Numbered from the stretch's first letter, positions 8,175 through 17,018 are shown. The stretch: DNA of 32,000 bases from Candidatus Electronema halotolerans (GCA_942493095.1 OW818675.1:3030001-3062000); one strand, 5' to 3'. Translations and numbers: made by a program. Notes: generated by a model from the letters alone, not told the origin.

Positions 8175-9660
8175 GTAACTGATCACAGGGTGTCTCTAAA
8201 AAACACTGGCGCTTGGCATCGCAACTGGATAAATTGTGAGCAGTAATTTTTTCCGCAGGAGAAAGCTGTGACCGCCCCGTTCCATTGTGAAAATTTTGAG
8301 ATAAGCGAGGAAGACCTTGCCGCTACACCTCCTGCGGTGCGGAAGCTGCTGTCTTTTTTGATCGCTGAGGTAACGCGGCTGAGAAAACGGGTCGAAGAGC
8401 TTGAGGCGAAACTCGGCGAAGATTCCTCGAACTCGAACAGGCCGCCTTCTTCCGACTCTCCGTTTACAGAAAAACGGCAGAGAGATCAGGCGGGGAAGCC
8501 CCGGAAAAAGCGGCGTGGATATCGTCAGGAGCTGATGCCGCCGACAGAAACGCAAAAAATGTATCCTTCCGCCTGCTCGTGCGGTTGCGGCAAATTCAAA
8601 AACATACGGTCATATTATACGCATCAGCATATTGAACTGCCGGAAATCGTGATGCAGGTCAGGCATTTCCTTCTTTATAAAGGGGAATGCGCCGCCTGCG
8701 GCAAAACCGTCAGAGGCTGTGTTCCCGATGAATTCAGAACCGGTTTCGGGGCGCGGTTCACCGCGCTGGTTGCCGAACTGAGCGGCATGGACGGCAGCAG
8801 CCGGGGAACTGTGCGGAAGTTCATCCGTTCCGTGCTCGGCGTTCCTATCAGCGCCGGGGCGGTGCAGAAGATCATTGACCGGGCTTCGGCGGCTGTCGCG
8901 CCGCACTATGAGGCCGTCCGGGCTGCCGTCACAAGCGGGGATGTCGGGCATATTGATGAAACGACGTGGAAAACTGGCGGCAGACTGCGCTGGTTATGGG
9001 TTATGGCGAACCGGCAGGCCGCGTTCTTCATGATTCATCCGAAACGCTCCAAGGAAGCGTTTGAAGAACTGATCGGCGCTTGGAACGGCATTCTCATCAG
9101 CGACGGATACAACGTGTACCAAAAATGGGTCGGCAAGCGGCAAACTTGCCTCGCGCACCTGATCCGCCGTGCCGACGGCCTTGCGGAACGCGCTGACCCT
9201 GAACTCGCCGCCTGCGGAAAATGGGCCGCTGCGGAACTGCGGCGGCTCTGCCGCATGGCGAAAGACCCGCCGACTGAAGGCGAACAGTCCGCATTTTATG
9301 CCCGGCTCTGCCGACTTATCCTACGCTGGCGCGATTGCGACAGTGATGCGGGGAGGTTTGTCCGTCATATTGACAAGGAAATGGAGGCGTTGTTCACTTT
9401 CTTGCTCGAAGAAGGCGTAGCGCCGACAAATAATCCAGCGGAACGGATGCTCCGCTTCGGCGTACTGTGGCGCAAACGGAGTCAGGGCACTGACAGCGAC
9501 AAGGGAAACCGCTGGGTTGAACGAATCCTTTCCCTCCGGCAGACATGCCTGCTTCGGGGAAAATCCACTTTCGAGGTGCTCACCGAGGCCATGCGCTGCT
9601 ATTTCAGAGGACAGATGCCGGATTTAAGCTGGGTCTGAGCGGTACCCTGTGATCGCTTAC
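8175..9660 (+). mobile_element. IS66-family insertion sequence carrying only the large transposase (1486 bp), no TSD
   Basis: Terminal inverted repeats GTAACTGATCACAGGGT (8175-8191) and ACCCTGTGATCGCTTAC (9644-9660; reverse complement GTAAGCGATCACAGGGT), 15/17 matching; encloses an intact IS66 transposase. Flanking 8-mers are gggcattg and gaaaacgg, which do not match. Confidence 0.88.
8268..9638 (+). CDS. IS66 family transposase (GTG start)
   Basis: 456 aa; N-terminal coiled region and zinc-finger-like 'CSCGCGKFKN...GECAACGKTVRG', 'GHIDETTWKTGGRLRWLWVMAN', 'GVAPTNNPAERMLRFGVLWRKRSQGTDSDKGNRWVERILSLRQTC'. Confidence 0.93.
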   Translation: MTAPFHCENFEISEEDLAATPPAVRKLLSFLIAEVTRLRKRVEELEAKLGEDSSNSNRPPSSDSPFTEKRQRDQAGKPRKKRRGYRQELMPPTETQKMYPSACSCGCGKFKNIRSYYTHQHIELPEIVMQVRHFLLYKGECAACGKTVRGCVPDEFRTGFGARFTALVAELSGMDGSSRGTVRKFIRSVLGVPISAGAVQKIIDRASAAVAPHYEAVRAAVTSGDVGHIDETTWKTGGRLRWLWVMANRQAAFFMIHPKRSKEAFEELIGAWNGILISDGYNVYQKWVGKRQTCLAHLIRRADGLAERADPELAACGKWAAAELRRLCRMAKDPPTEGEQSAFYARLCRLILRWRDCDSDAGRFVRHIDKEMEALFTFLLEEGVAPTNNPAERMLRFGVLWRKRSQGTDSDKGNRWVERILSLRQTCLLRGKSTFEVLTEAMRCYFRGQMPDLSWV

Positions 9661-10053
9661 GAAAACGGCTTGGAGCTGTACGTGATGTGCGAGATTCCGA
9701 GCAACGTCATCTGCGCGGATGCGTTCGCTGACATCTTTGACGGCTTCTCCATCGGCTCCAACGATCTGACCCAGCTCACTTACGGCTTAGACCGCGACTC
9801 CGGCATCCTGACCGGCATTGCGGACGAGCGCCATGATGCGGTCAAAGAAATGATCCGCATGGTGATCAAGACTGCCAAGCGGCGCGGGCGCAAGATCGGC
9901 ATCTGCGGCCAGGGGCCGTCCGATTTCCCGGACTTTGCCACCTTCTTGGTTGAAGAGGGCATTGACTCCATGTCCCTGATCCCGGACACGGTCATCAAGA
10001 CCCGTCTTGCAGTGCATGAGAAGGAGAAGGAGCTGGGCATTGCGCCGAAGTAA
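9661..10053 (+). pseudogene. ppsA 3'-end fragment (partial copy 3), immediately right of the IS66 element
   Basis: Gap-free correspondence with 4312-4704 (offset +5349); ENGLELYVMCEIPSN...KELGIAPK, two residue changes against intact PpsA (E->D, terminal E->K). Has its own following terminator. Confidence 0.93.
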
Positions 10054-10083
10054 GGTGGCTGCAATAAGAGCTTGAAGCACGAT

Positions 10084-10116
10084 GAAGGGCGGCCTGCGGG
10101 TTCGCCCTTTTTTGTT
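10084..10116 (+). terminator. Rho-independent terminator after ppsA fragment 3, similar to the one after intact ppsA
   Basis: AAGGGCG...CGCCCTTTTTT followed by GTTTTTT. Confidence 0.7.
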
Positions 10117-10154
10117 TTTTCTCCGCTGCTTGACAGGATGCAAATGATCATGCT

Positions 10155-10568
10155 ATGCTGGAAACCGTTTCAAAATCTCGCTTCAAAGCAAAGGCACTTG
10201 AATATTTTCGCAAGATAGAGCAGAACGGGCAGGCTGTGATCATCATTGATCATGGGAAGCCCGTGCTGCAAGTGCTGCGTTTTGATGATCCTCTGGAGCC
10301 AGTTGGCATGTCTGGCTTTGTGGCGGCAGGAATCAGGAGTGAATATCTTTTTTTTCTTTGCAGCAGAAGAGTGTGTGCGAATGATTCCATCAGGGTGGCA
10401 GAGTGGCCTGCCGGGTGTTGTTCAGAAACGCTTATCCCAAGGCAACGGATGTGCAAGCCTCATGCGGCAGGCATATTCAGCGCGGATGCTGTTTTTGGCT
10501 TTTCTTGCATCTGGATTGGTGTTATAGTTAGGCAGCACTTATCCCAGCGGTCAGAAAAGGAGATATGA
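10155..10568 (+). pseudogene. Remnant of a Phd/YefM-type antitoxin gene
   Basis: N-terminal 'MLETVSKSRFKAKALEYFRKIEQNGQAVIIIDHGKPVLQVLRFDDPLEPVG' resembles Phd/YefM antitoxins; the remainder is low-complexity or Cys-rich and looks out of frame. Confidence 0.5.
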
Positions 10569-10795
10569 ACGGCGAGGATAAGAATCGATTTGTGAATCAA
10601 CATCATCAGAGCGGCTGCCCTGACGATGTTCAGTGATGCAAGTCAATTGCCGCTGTGTGCATTCATATACGGCAAAAGTGCGACTCACCCCGATTAAGCG
10701 GCATCGGCAGGAAATTTTTTGGTTTTACAAAACGTTTTATCTGGCGGTATTATAACCGTCTTATATAGCAACTCAAAAAGGCAGAGGTAAGAAAG

Positions 10796-12880
10796 ATGAA
10801 AGGAAAAAAAAGTTATTCCCGCAGGCCGGTGTGCTTGCTCGCCCCGGCAGCACTTATTGCAGCGTTGGGCCTTGGCACAGCGTCGCACGCTTTCGCGGCG
10901 CAGGAGATTGATGTTCAGGGCGGAGCAGACAACACCTCCATTGCTGACGGCAGTGCCACGCCATCTGTTGATGATGGCACAGACTTCGGCGGCGTTGAGA
11001 CCAGCACTGATGCAGTCAAAACCTACACCATCCTCAATACTGGTGATGCAGACTTGACACTGAACGGCACGCCGCTTGTTAAGCTTAATCCAGTTGCGAC
11101 TGATGATAAAGGCTGCGACGCTTTCAGTGTTACCACCCAGCCGACAAGCCCGATTGCTGCGACTAAAAACACCACCTTCACGGTGACGTACAATCAAGCC
11201 GCATCCGGCAGCTTGGATAAATGCCAGATAAGCATCGCCAACGATGACGACAATGAAAATCCTTACGATTTTGTCATCCAAGGTTCAACTGTCCCAGAGA
11301 TGGATGTGCAAGGGAAGACCGTCTCGATCACTGACGGAGACACCACGCCATCTGCTGCTGATGACACTCTCTTTACCGCAGGCAGCGGGTCGGCCAAAAC
11401 CTACACCATCCTCAATACTGGTGGTGGAGACTTGACTCTGAGTGGCACTCCGCTTGTTGATCTTGTTGAGTTTGCAGATGGTGATGGAAGCTGTGACGAT
11501 TTCAGCGTCACCGCCCCGCCGACAAGCCCGATTGCTGCGGGCGGCAACACCACATTCGTTGTGACGTACACTCCGACTGGTGATGAAAATGGAACACCAT
11601 GCAAGGTCAGCATCGCAAATAATGATGCCGATGAGAATCCTTATGATTTTGCCATCCAAGTTGCGCTTCCTGAGATCGATGTTCAGGGAAACAGTGTCTC
11701 CATTGCTGACGGTCATGACACGCCATCTTCTGCTGATGACACCGACTTTGGCGGCGTTCCCACCAGCACTGATGTGACCAAAACCTACACCATCCTCAAC
11801 ATTGGCGGCGCAGACCTGACTTTGGACGGCACTGACTCGAATTATGTTGTGCTTGAACCGGTGGCGGATGGTGATGCAGGCTGCGGCGCGTTCACTGTCA
11901 CCCAGCCGACAGAAACAACGATTGCTGCGGGCGCAAGCACCACTTTCACGGTGACATACAATCAAGAGACAGTCAACACCGTGGATAAATGCGGGATCAG
12001 CATCGCCAATGACGATGCCGATGAGAATCCTTATGATTTCACCATCCAAGCCTCAACCGGCCCTGAAATGGATGTTCAGGGAAACAGCGTCTCCATTGCT
12101 GACGGCGACGATACGCCAGACATGGCTGATGACACCGACTTCGGCGGCGTTCCCACCAGCACTGATGTGACCAAAACCTACACCATTCTTAACATTGGCG
12201 GTGCAGAGCTGACCTTGGGTGTTGATCCTGTCACTAACGATGCTGCTGCTGGTTGCAATTTCTTCACCATCACCCAGCCGGCGGAAACAACACCGATTGC
12301 TGCGGGCGCAAGCACCACTTTCACGGTGACATACAAACAAGCGACAGCCAACACCTTGAATACATGCGGGATCAGCATCGCCAATAACGATGCCGATGAA
12401 GGTCCTTCTTATGATTTTGTCATCCAAGCCTCAACCGGCCCTGAGATGGATGTTCAGGGAAACAGCGTCTCCATTGCTGATGGCGATGACACCCCAGACG
12501 TGGCTGATGACACCGACTTCGGCACAGTTAACGTCGGTAAAACTCTGAGCAAAGCCTACACTATCCTAAACACTGGCGGTGCAAATTTGACCTTGGACGG
12601 CGATGCTCCGGATTATGTTGTGCTTAATGGTGAAGGTTGCGCCTCATTCAAAGTCACCACCCAGCCAACAACACCGATTGCTGTGGGCGCAACATCTGCT
12701 GTCACCTTCACAGTGGAATATGCCCCGACCGCTGTTTCGGAAGGAGAACAATGCACTGTCAGCATTGACAATAATGACAGCAATGAGAACCCTTATGATT
12801 TTGTCATCCAAGGGAAAGGCGGAAAGAGCGGCGCAAGTTACCTCCCGGCGGTCTATGAAGTACTGCTGAACGGAAACTAA
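10796..12880 (+). CDS. Secreted protein with five tandem choice-of-anchor-D/Ig-like repeats
   Basis: 694 aa; signal-peptide-like N-terminus (CLLAPAALIAALGLGTASHAFAAQ); repeats begin with E[IM]DVQG and contain 'KTYTILNTG..LTL', 'TFTVTY' and 'SIANDDxDENPYDFxIQ'. Confidence 0.8.
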   Translation: MKGKKSYSRRPVCLLAPAALIAALGLGTASHAFAAQEIDVQGGADNTSIADGSATPSVDDGTDFGGVETSTDAVKTYTILNTGDADLTLNGTPLVKLNPVATDDKGCDAFSVTTQPTSPIAATKNTTFTVTYNQAASGSLDKCQISIANDDDNENPYDFVIQGSTVPEMDVQGKTVSITDGDTTPSAADDTLFTAGSGSAKTYTILNTGGGDLTLSGTPLVDLVEFADGDGSCDDFSVTAPPTSPIAAGGNTTFVVTYTPTGDENGTPCKVSIANNDADENPYDFAIQVALPEIDVQGNSVSIADGHDTPSSADDTDFGGVPTSTDVTKTYTILNIGGADLTLDGTDSNYVVLEPVADGDAGCGAFTVTQPTETTIAAGASTTFTVTYNQETVNTVDKCGISIANDDADENPYDFTIQASTGPEMDVQGNSVSIADGDDTPDMADDTDFGGVPTSTDVTKTYTILNIGGAELTLGVDPVTNDAAAGCNFFTITQPAETTPIAAGASTTFTVTYKQATANTLNTCGISIANNDADEGPSYDFVIQASTGPEMDVQGNSVSIADGDDTPDVADDTDFGTVNVGKTLSKAYTILNTGGANLTLDGDAPDYVVLNGEGCASFKVTTQPTTPIAVGATSAVTFTVEYAPTAVSEGEQCTVSIDNNDSNENPYDFVIQGKGGKSGASYLPAVYEVLLNGN
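10904..12823 (+). repeat. Five in-frame tandem coding repeats, roughly 375-393 nt each
   Basis: Units start at about 10904, 11297, 11672, 12065 and 12443; the heads of units 3-5 are nearly identical at DNA level ('gatgttcagggaaacag'). Confidence 0.88.
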
Positions 12881-12961
12881 ACACTGCGGCAACATGCGCT
12901 GGTTTCTCGTGAACATTGCGGGAAACCAGCAGCAAGATGCTCTTCCTTCAGTTTCACGCAA

Positions 12962-12999
12962 AAGCCCTTCTGACAGGCTATCCTGTCAGAAGGGCTTTG
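12962..12999. terminator. Perfect 17-bp stem hairpin, likely shared terminator between convergent genes
   Basis: AAAGCCCTTCTGACAGG-CTAT-CCTGTCAGAAGGGCTTT between the repeat protein (+) and dapA (-). Confidence 0.7.
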
Positions 13000-13026
13000 T
13001 TCTTCCCGCCTTTTCTCCCCTTCAGA

Positions 13027-13911
13027 TCAACGCAGGCCGATCTGCTCCATTGCCGCAGTCAGTTTGTTCAGCGAAGCCTCGTCCATCTCGGTCATGGGCA
13101 GGCGCAGCTCCGGCGAGGCGATCTTGCCGAGCAGATGCAAGGCTTTTTTGGCCGGGGCCGGGTTGGGGCAGCAGAACATGGTGCTCATGAGCGGGAAAAG
13201 CTGGTAGTGCAGCTCCTTGGCCTTGGCTAAATCACCATTCAGGGCCGCTTCCATCAGCTCGGCCATAGCCTTGGGCATCACGTTCGAGGTCACGGAAATC
13301 ACACCCTTGCCGCCGATCAGCACTGTGGGCATGGAGGTGAAGTCATCGCCGGACAGCACAATGAAGTCCTTGGGGCAGAGCCGGATGATCTCGGAAATCT
13401 GATTCAGGCAGCCGCAGGCCTCCTTGATGGCAATGACATTGGGCAGCTCTGCCAGCCGGGCCACAGTGGCCGGGGCCATGTTGGTGACAGTCCGGCTCGG
13501 CACATTGTACAGGACTATGGGAATATTCACAGCCTCGGCAATGGTTTTGAAATGCTGATACAGCCCGTCCTGGCTTGGCTTGTTGTAATAGGGCACCACG
13601 GACAGGACTGCGTCCGCGCCGCTGGCCTTGGCTGACTCGGTCAGTTCAATGGCCTCCAGGGTGTTGTTGGCCCCAGCTCCGGCAATGACCGGCACCCGGC
13701 CCGCCACAGTCTTGACAGTCAGCTCAATGACCCGCTTGTGCTCATCAAAGCTGAGGGTGGCGGACTCGCCGGTGGTGCCGCAGGGCACCAAGCCGTGGAT
13801 GCCGCTTTCGATCTGGAAATTGATCAGATTGACCAAGCTTTCCTCATCAACGTTGCCGTCCCGCATCGGGGTGACAATGGCAGTGATGGCTCCCTGAATG
13901 TTTTTTGTCAT
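13027..13911 (-). CDS. dapA: 4-hydroxy-tetrahydrodipicolinate synthase
   Basis: 'MTKNIQGAITAIVTPMRDGNVDEESL', 'GTTGESATLSFDEH', 'VPIVLYNVPSRTVTNM', 'IKEACG'. Start chosen at MTKNIQ rather than the track start 13962. Confidence 0.94.
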   Translation of the reverse strand: MTKNIQGAITAIVTPMRDGNVDEESLVNLINFQIESGIHGLVPCGTTGESATLSFDEHKRVIELTVKTVAGRVPVIAGAGANNTLEAIELTESAKASGADAVLSVVPYYNKPSQDGLYQHFKTIAEAVNIPIVLYNVPSRTVTNMAPATVARLAELPNVIAIKEACGCLNQISEIIRLCPKDFIVLSGDDFTSMPTVLIGGKGVISVTSNVMPKAMAELMEAALNGDLAKAKELHYQLFPLMSTMFCCPNPAPAKKALHLLGKIASPELRLPMTEMDEASLNKLTAAMEQIGLR

Positions 13912-13936
13912 CGCATCCTCCTTGAATGTAAGGCAA

Positions 13937-13984
13937 TGCCCTGCTGGGCAGTTTTTTCGCATGACTCCTCAGAGGAGTCTTTTT
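13937..13984 (+). terminator. Two tandem terminator-like hairpins on the + strand in the 5' leader of dapA
   Basis: tgccc-tgct-gggca followed by gtttttt, then gactcct-cag-aggagtc followed by ttttt. Confidence 0.45.
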
Positions 13985-14221
13985 ACGACGGCATTATAAA
14001 CAACATCTGCATGTTCGCCACCCTTAACTGGCCTGCATTCAAATAAATCAGCAGTTCCGCTATAGCTGAGGGAGAAGAGCGGCTGCTTGACTTGAACAAG
14101 CTCAGGTCTGCAATCAGCAGAAAGAATCCGGCTTGCTTAACTTGGCCGCAGCGGGTATAGTAAAAAAACGCCCGCGCAGGGGAAATTTTATCAAATCCTT
14201 GATCTTATCGGCAAAAAAACA

Positions 14222-14824
14222 ATGCGACTCGTCTTAACATGCTGTCTGTCACTGCTTTTGTCAGCTCCGCCCGCACTGGCCAGCCTTGCAGACCAAGTCC
14301 GTTTCCTTGACACCTGGTCAGAATTGAATTCATGGGATTTAGGAGGAGTGCAGCCGCTTGATTTCGCCCAGACCTTGGACAAGAAATTCGTCTTTGTGCT
14401 GGGACAGGACGGCGGCATCCATATCTATTCCGCAGTCGGCGAACAGCTTGGCACGATCAGAACCGGCAGCCAGCCGATATCCTTTGCCATTGAAGCACGA
14501 GGCAGAATGCTGCATCTTGTTGACCGGAGCGGTGCCTGCACGGCAGTCAGCGTGTCGCTGGCAGGCGGCTCTCTTGACTGGTCTGTCCTCAAAACATGGA
14601 AAACAGCGGCCCGGCCCATTGACATCGCGACCGCGCATGAACGGCAGCGCGTCTTCATTCTTGAGGCGGACAATGCCGTGCATGTTTATTCTTTCGCCGG
14701 AATGCCCTTGGGCAGCATTGCCGCGCCTCCTGGCACCTTTTCCATCAAGACGGTGCCCTACAGCAGAAAACTCTATCTTGCCGCGAGAAACGGCATTTTC
14801 ACTGGCATGGAAAGCCCGTTCTGA
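14222..14824 (+). CDS. Exported protein with two propeller-like modules
   Basis: 200 aa; signal peptide; 'VQPLDFAQTLDKKFVFVLGQDGGIHIYSAVGEQLGTI' and 'ARPIDIATAHERQRVFILEADNAVHVYSFAGMPLGSI' repeat each other and resemble the N-terminus of the next gene. Confidence 0.65.
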   Translation: MRLVLTCCLSLLLSAPPALASLADQVRFLDTWSELNSWDLGGVQPLDFAQTLDKKFVFVLGQDGGIHIYSAVGEQLGTIRTGSQPISFAIEARGRMLHLVDRSGACTAVSVSLAGGSLDWSVLKTWKTAARPIDIATAHERQRVFILEADNAVHVYSFAGMPLGSIAAPPGTFSIKTVPYSRKLYLAARNGIFTGMESPF

Positions 14825-15106
14825 CCTGCCGCCCTTGCTTGAGGCGGAAAAAATACGGCTGTTCCGCTTGCTGGACAGCAGGGCAGGCAGTATAATGGCC
14901 GCCAAGTGACACTCTCTATAGCCGAAGCAGTATAATTTGATGAGCGTTCTTTCTGCCGCCCGCCGTAGGGGTCGTGTCTGCCCGTGCAACGCGCCAAAAT
15001 GACGGGAAACACCGGGGGGCCGACCTTACGGGAGAGAGACAGATGACAGCGTCATTGTAGCCTGCTTCAGCTCTATTATTCTCAACACGCATCAAGGAAA
15101 AAAACC

Positions 15107-15985
15107 ATGAAGAAGACTCTTGCACTGTGCTGCCTGTTTCTGCTGCCTGGGCAGTTTGCCGCAGCCCAAGCCCCGCAGGCTGATCAGTCAACAGCAAGCA
15201 AGCCGGATCAGCTGACGTGGACCGTCATGCAGGAATGGAAGATGAAGACCAAGCCGGTTGATTTTGTCCAAGCACTGGACGGCAGGATTGTCTTTGTGCT
15301 CGGTGATGACAGCAAAGTGCATCTCTATTCTGCTGAAGGGCAGGAACTGGGTGAAATTCCAGTTGATCAGAGCACAGTGGCCATTGATATCGCCCCGCGT
15401 GGCGAAATGCTCTATCTTGTTGATCAAAATCAGAATTACAAGGCTCTTGACATCTCCTTTGCCAAGGATATTGATGTCAGCGGCTCCCCAGTCAAGGGCA
15501 AGGCGGATGCGCCGGTGAGCATCGTGGTCTTCTCTGATTTTCAGTGCCCCTTCTGCAGCCGGATTGAGCCGATTTTGGCAGAGGTCCTGAAACGGAATCC
15601 TGACACTGTCAACGTGATCTTCAAACACATGCCCTTGGGCATGCATCAGCAGGCCGAGCCTGCGGCCCGGGCCGCCATTGCCGCCCAGCAGCAGGGCAAG
15701 TTTTGGGAGATGCACGACGCGCTCTTTGCCGCCGCCTCCAAAGGCAAGCTGAATGCCGAGTCCATTGAAAAGGCGGCCAAAGACCTTGGCTTGGACATGA
15801 AAAAGTTCAAGGCTGACGTGAACAGCGAGGCCACCAAGGAGCGGTTGAGCAACGATCTGAGCGCGGCCCGTCTGGCCGAAGTCAACGGCACGCCGACGCT
15901 GTTTGTCAATGGCCGCCGGGTCAATTCGCCCAGCCCGGACTTCATTCAGAAGATGCTTGATCAGGAACTGGCCAAGAAAAAATGA
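15107..15985 (+). CDS. Periplasmic DsbA-like thioredoxin-fold protein with N-terminal propeller-like module
   Basis: 292 aa; signal peptide; 'SIVVFSDFQCPFCSRIEPILAEVLK' CxxC motif, 'EVNGTPTLFVNGRRV' cis-Pro region. Confidence 0.88.
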   Translation: MKKTLALCCLFLLPGQFAAAQAPQADQSTASKPDQLTWTVMQEWKMKTKPVDFVQALDGRIVFVLGDDSKVHLYSAEGQELGEIPVDQSTVAIDIAPRGEMLYLVDQNQNYKALDISFAKDIDVSGSPVKGKADAPVSIVVFSDFQCPFCSRIEPILAEVLKRNPDTVNVIFKHMPLGMHQQAEPAARAAIAAQQQGKFWEMHDALFAAASKGKLNAESIEKAAKDLGLDMKKFKADVNSEATKERLSNDLSAARLAEVNGTPTLFVNGRRVNSPSPDFIQKMLDQELAKKK

Positions 15986-16001
15986 ATCCGGTGCCGCAGC
16001 C

Positions 16002-17018
16002 TTGAAGAGAAAGACCGGACTTCATCAGGCAACTGAACAGCATCTGGAATTCAGCGATGATGCCGCTGCCCAAGTGTTGTTCGGCGACCTGAACCGCAAT
16101 CTGCACACCGTTGAACAGGCTGCCGGAGTCCGCATTCATCAGCGGGGCGGCAGCCTGCTGCTTCAAGGGCAGGCCCATGCCGTGGAGCTGGCCGCGTCTC
16201 TGCTCCGCCAGCTCTACGGCTTAGTCCGCAAAGGCTGTCCGGTTTTCAGTCAGGATGTGGCCTTTGGCCTGAAAATCTTGGAAGCCTCCCCTGAGGCGGC
16301 CTTGGAGGAAATCTTTCTCGACAAGGTCTGCATCACGGCCAAAAAGCGGATCATCTCGCCAAAAACACTCAATCAGAAAAATTACATCGAGGCCATCCGC
16401 GAGAATGGCATAGTTTTCGGCATTGGCCCGGCAGGCACCGGCAAGACCTATTTAGCTGTGGCTATGGCGGTGGCCGCCCTGACTTCGGAGCTGGTGCAGC
16501 GAATCATTCTCACCCGGCCTGCTGTGGAGGCGGGCGAGAAGCTCGGCTTTCTGCCCGGCGACTTGGCTCAGAAGGTTGATCCCTACCTGCGCCCGCTCAC
16601 CGATGCCCTGAACGAGATGCTCGGCCCGGACAAGGCGGCGGAGCTGGTTGAGCGCGGGGTGATTGAGATCGCGCCGTTGGCCTTCATGCGCGGCAGAACC
16701 CTGAACAAGGGGTTCATCATTCTTGACGAGGCCCAGAACACCACCCGCGAGCAGATGAAGATGTTCCTGACCCGGATTGGCTTTGACTCGCAGGCCGTGA
16801 TCACCGGCGACATCACCCAGGTCGATCTGCCCGGAGGGCAGGCTTCAGGGCTGATTGATGCCAAACAGGTGCTGCGCAACATTGAAGGCATCAGCTTCTG
16901 CCAGTTTGACAGCAGCGACGTGGTCCGTCATCCGCTGGTCCAGCAGATCATCCTTGCCTACGAAAAAGCAGGCCGCAAAGAACAGGCGGATGCCGGGCAT
17001 GACCATCAACCTGATTGA
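16002..17018 (+). CDS. PhoH-like ATPase
   Basis: '[21 protein letters not shown]' Walker A, '[27 protein letters not shown]', '[15 protein letters not shown]'. Probable TTG start near 16002; the track's 15903 start overlaps the upstream CDS. Confidence 0.9.
   Translation: MKRKTGLHQATEQHLEFSDDAAAQVLFGDLNRNLHTVEQAAGVRIHQRGGSLLLQGQAHAVELAASLLRQLYGLVRKGCPVFSQDVAFGLKILEASPEAALEEIFLDKVCITAKKRIISPKTLNQKNYIEAIRENGIVFGIGPAGTGKTYLAVAMAVAALTSELVQRIILTRPAVEAGEKLGFLPGDLAQKVDPYLRPLTDALNEMLGPDKAAELVERGVIEIAPLAFMRGRTLNKGFIILDEAQNTTREQMKMFLTRIGFDSQAVITGDITQVDLPGGQASGLIDAKQVLRNIEGISFCQFDSSDVVRHPLVQQIILAYEKAGRKEQADAGHDHQPD

Noticed and set aside
8196-8951. Minus-strand ORFs over the IS66 transposase
   Set aside because: Antisense to a clear transposase with no motif of their own.
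4114-10053. Template/variable-repeat (DGR-like) or programmed cassette interpretation of the three ppsA 3' copies
   Set aside because: No reverse transcriptase in the window, and the differences are mixed synonymous changes rather than adenine-specific mutations. Homologous import/recombination explains them better.
10131-10158. TTGACA-18nt-TATGCT promoter-like sequence before the antitoxin remnant
   Set aside because: The -10 overlaps the proposed start codon, so it cannot be a conventional promoter for that ORF; too weak to call for anything else.
10694-12427. Series of minus-strand ORFs with shared 'MDxKIIRI' starts
   Set aside because: These are antisense shadows of the tandem coding repeats on the + strand; their similarity simply mirrors the repeat units.
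14339-14989. 216 aa minus-strand ORF
   Set aside because: Overlaps the exported propeller-like protein gene and has no recognisable domain or signal.
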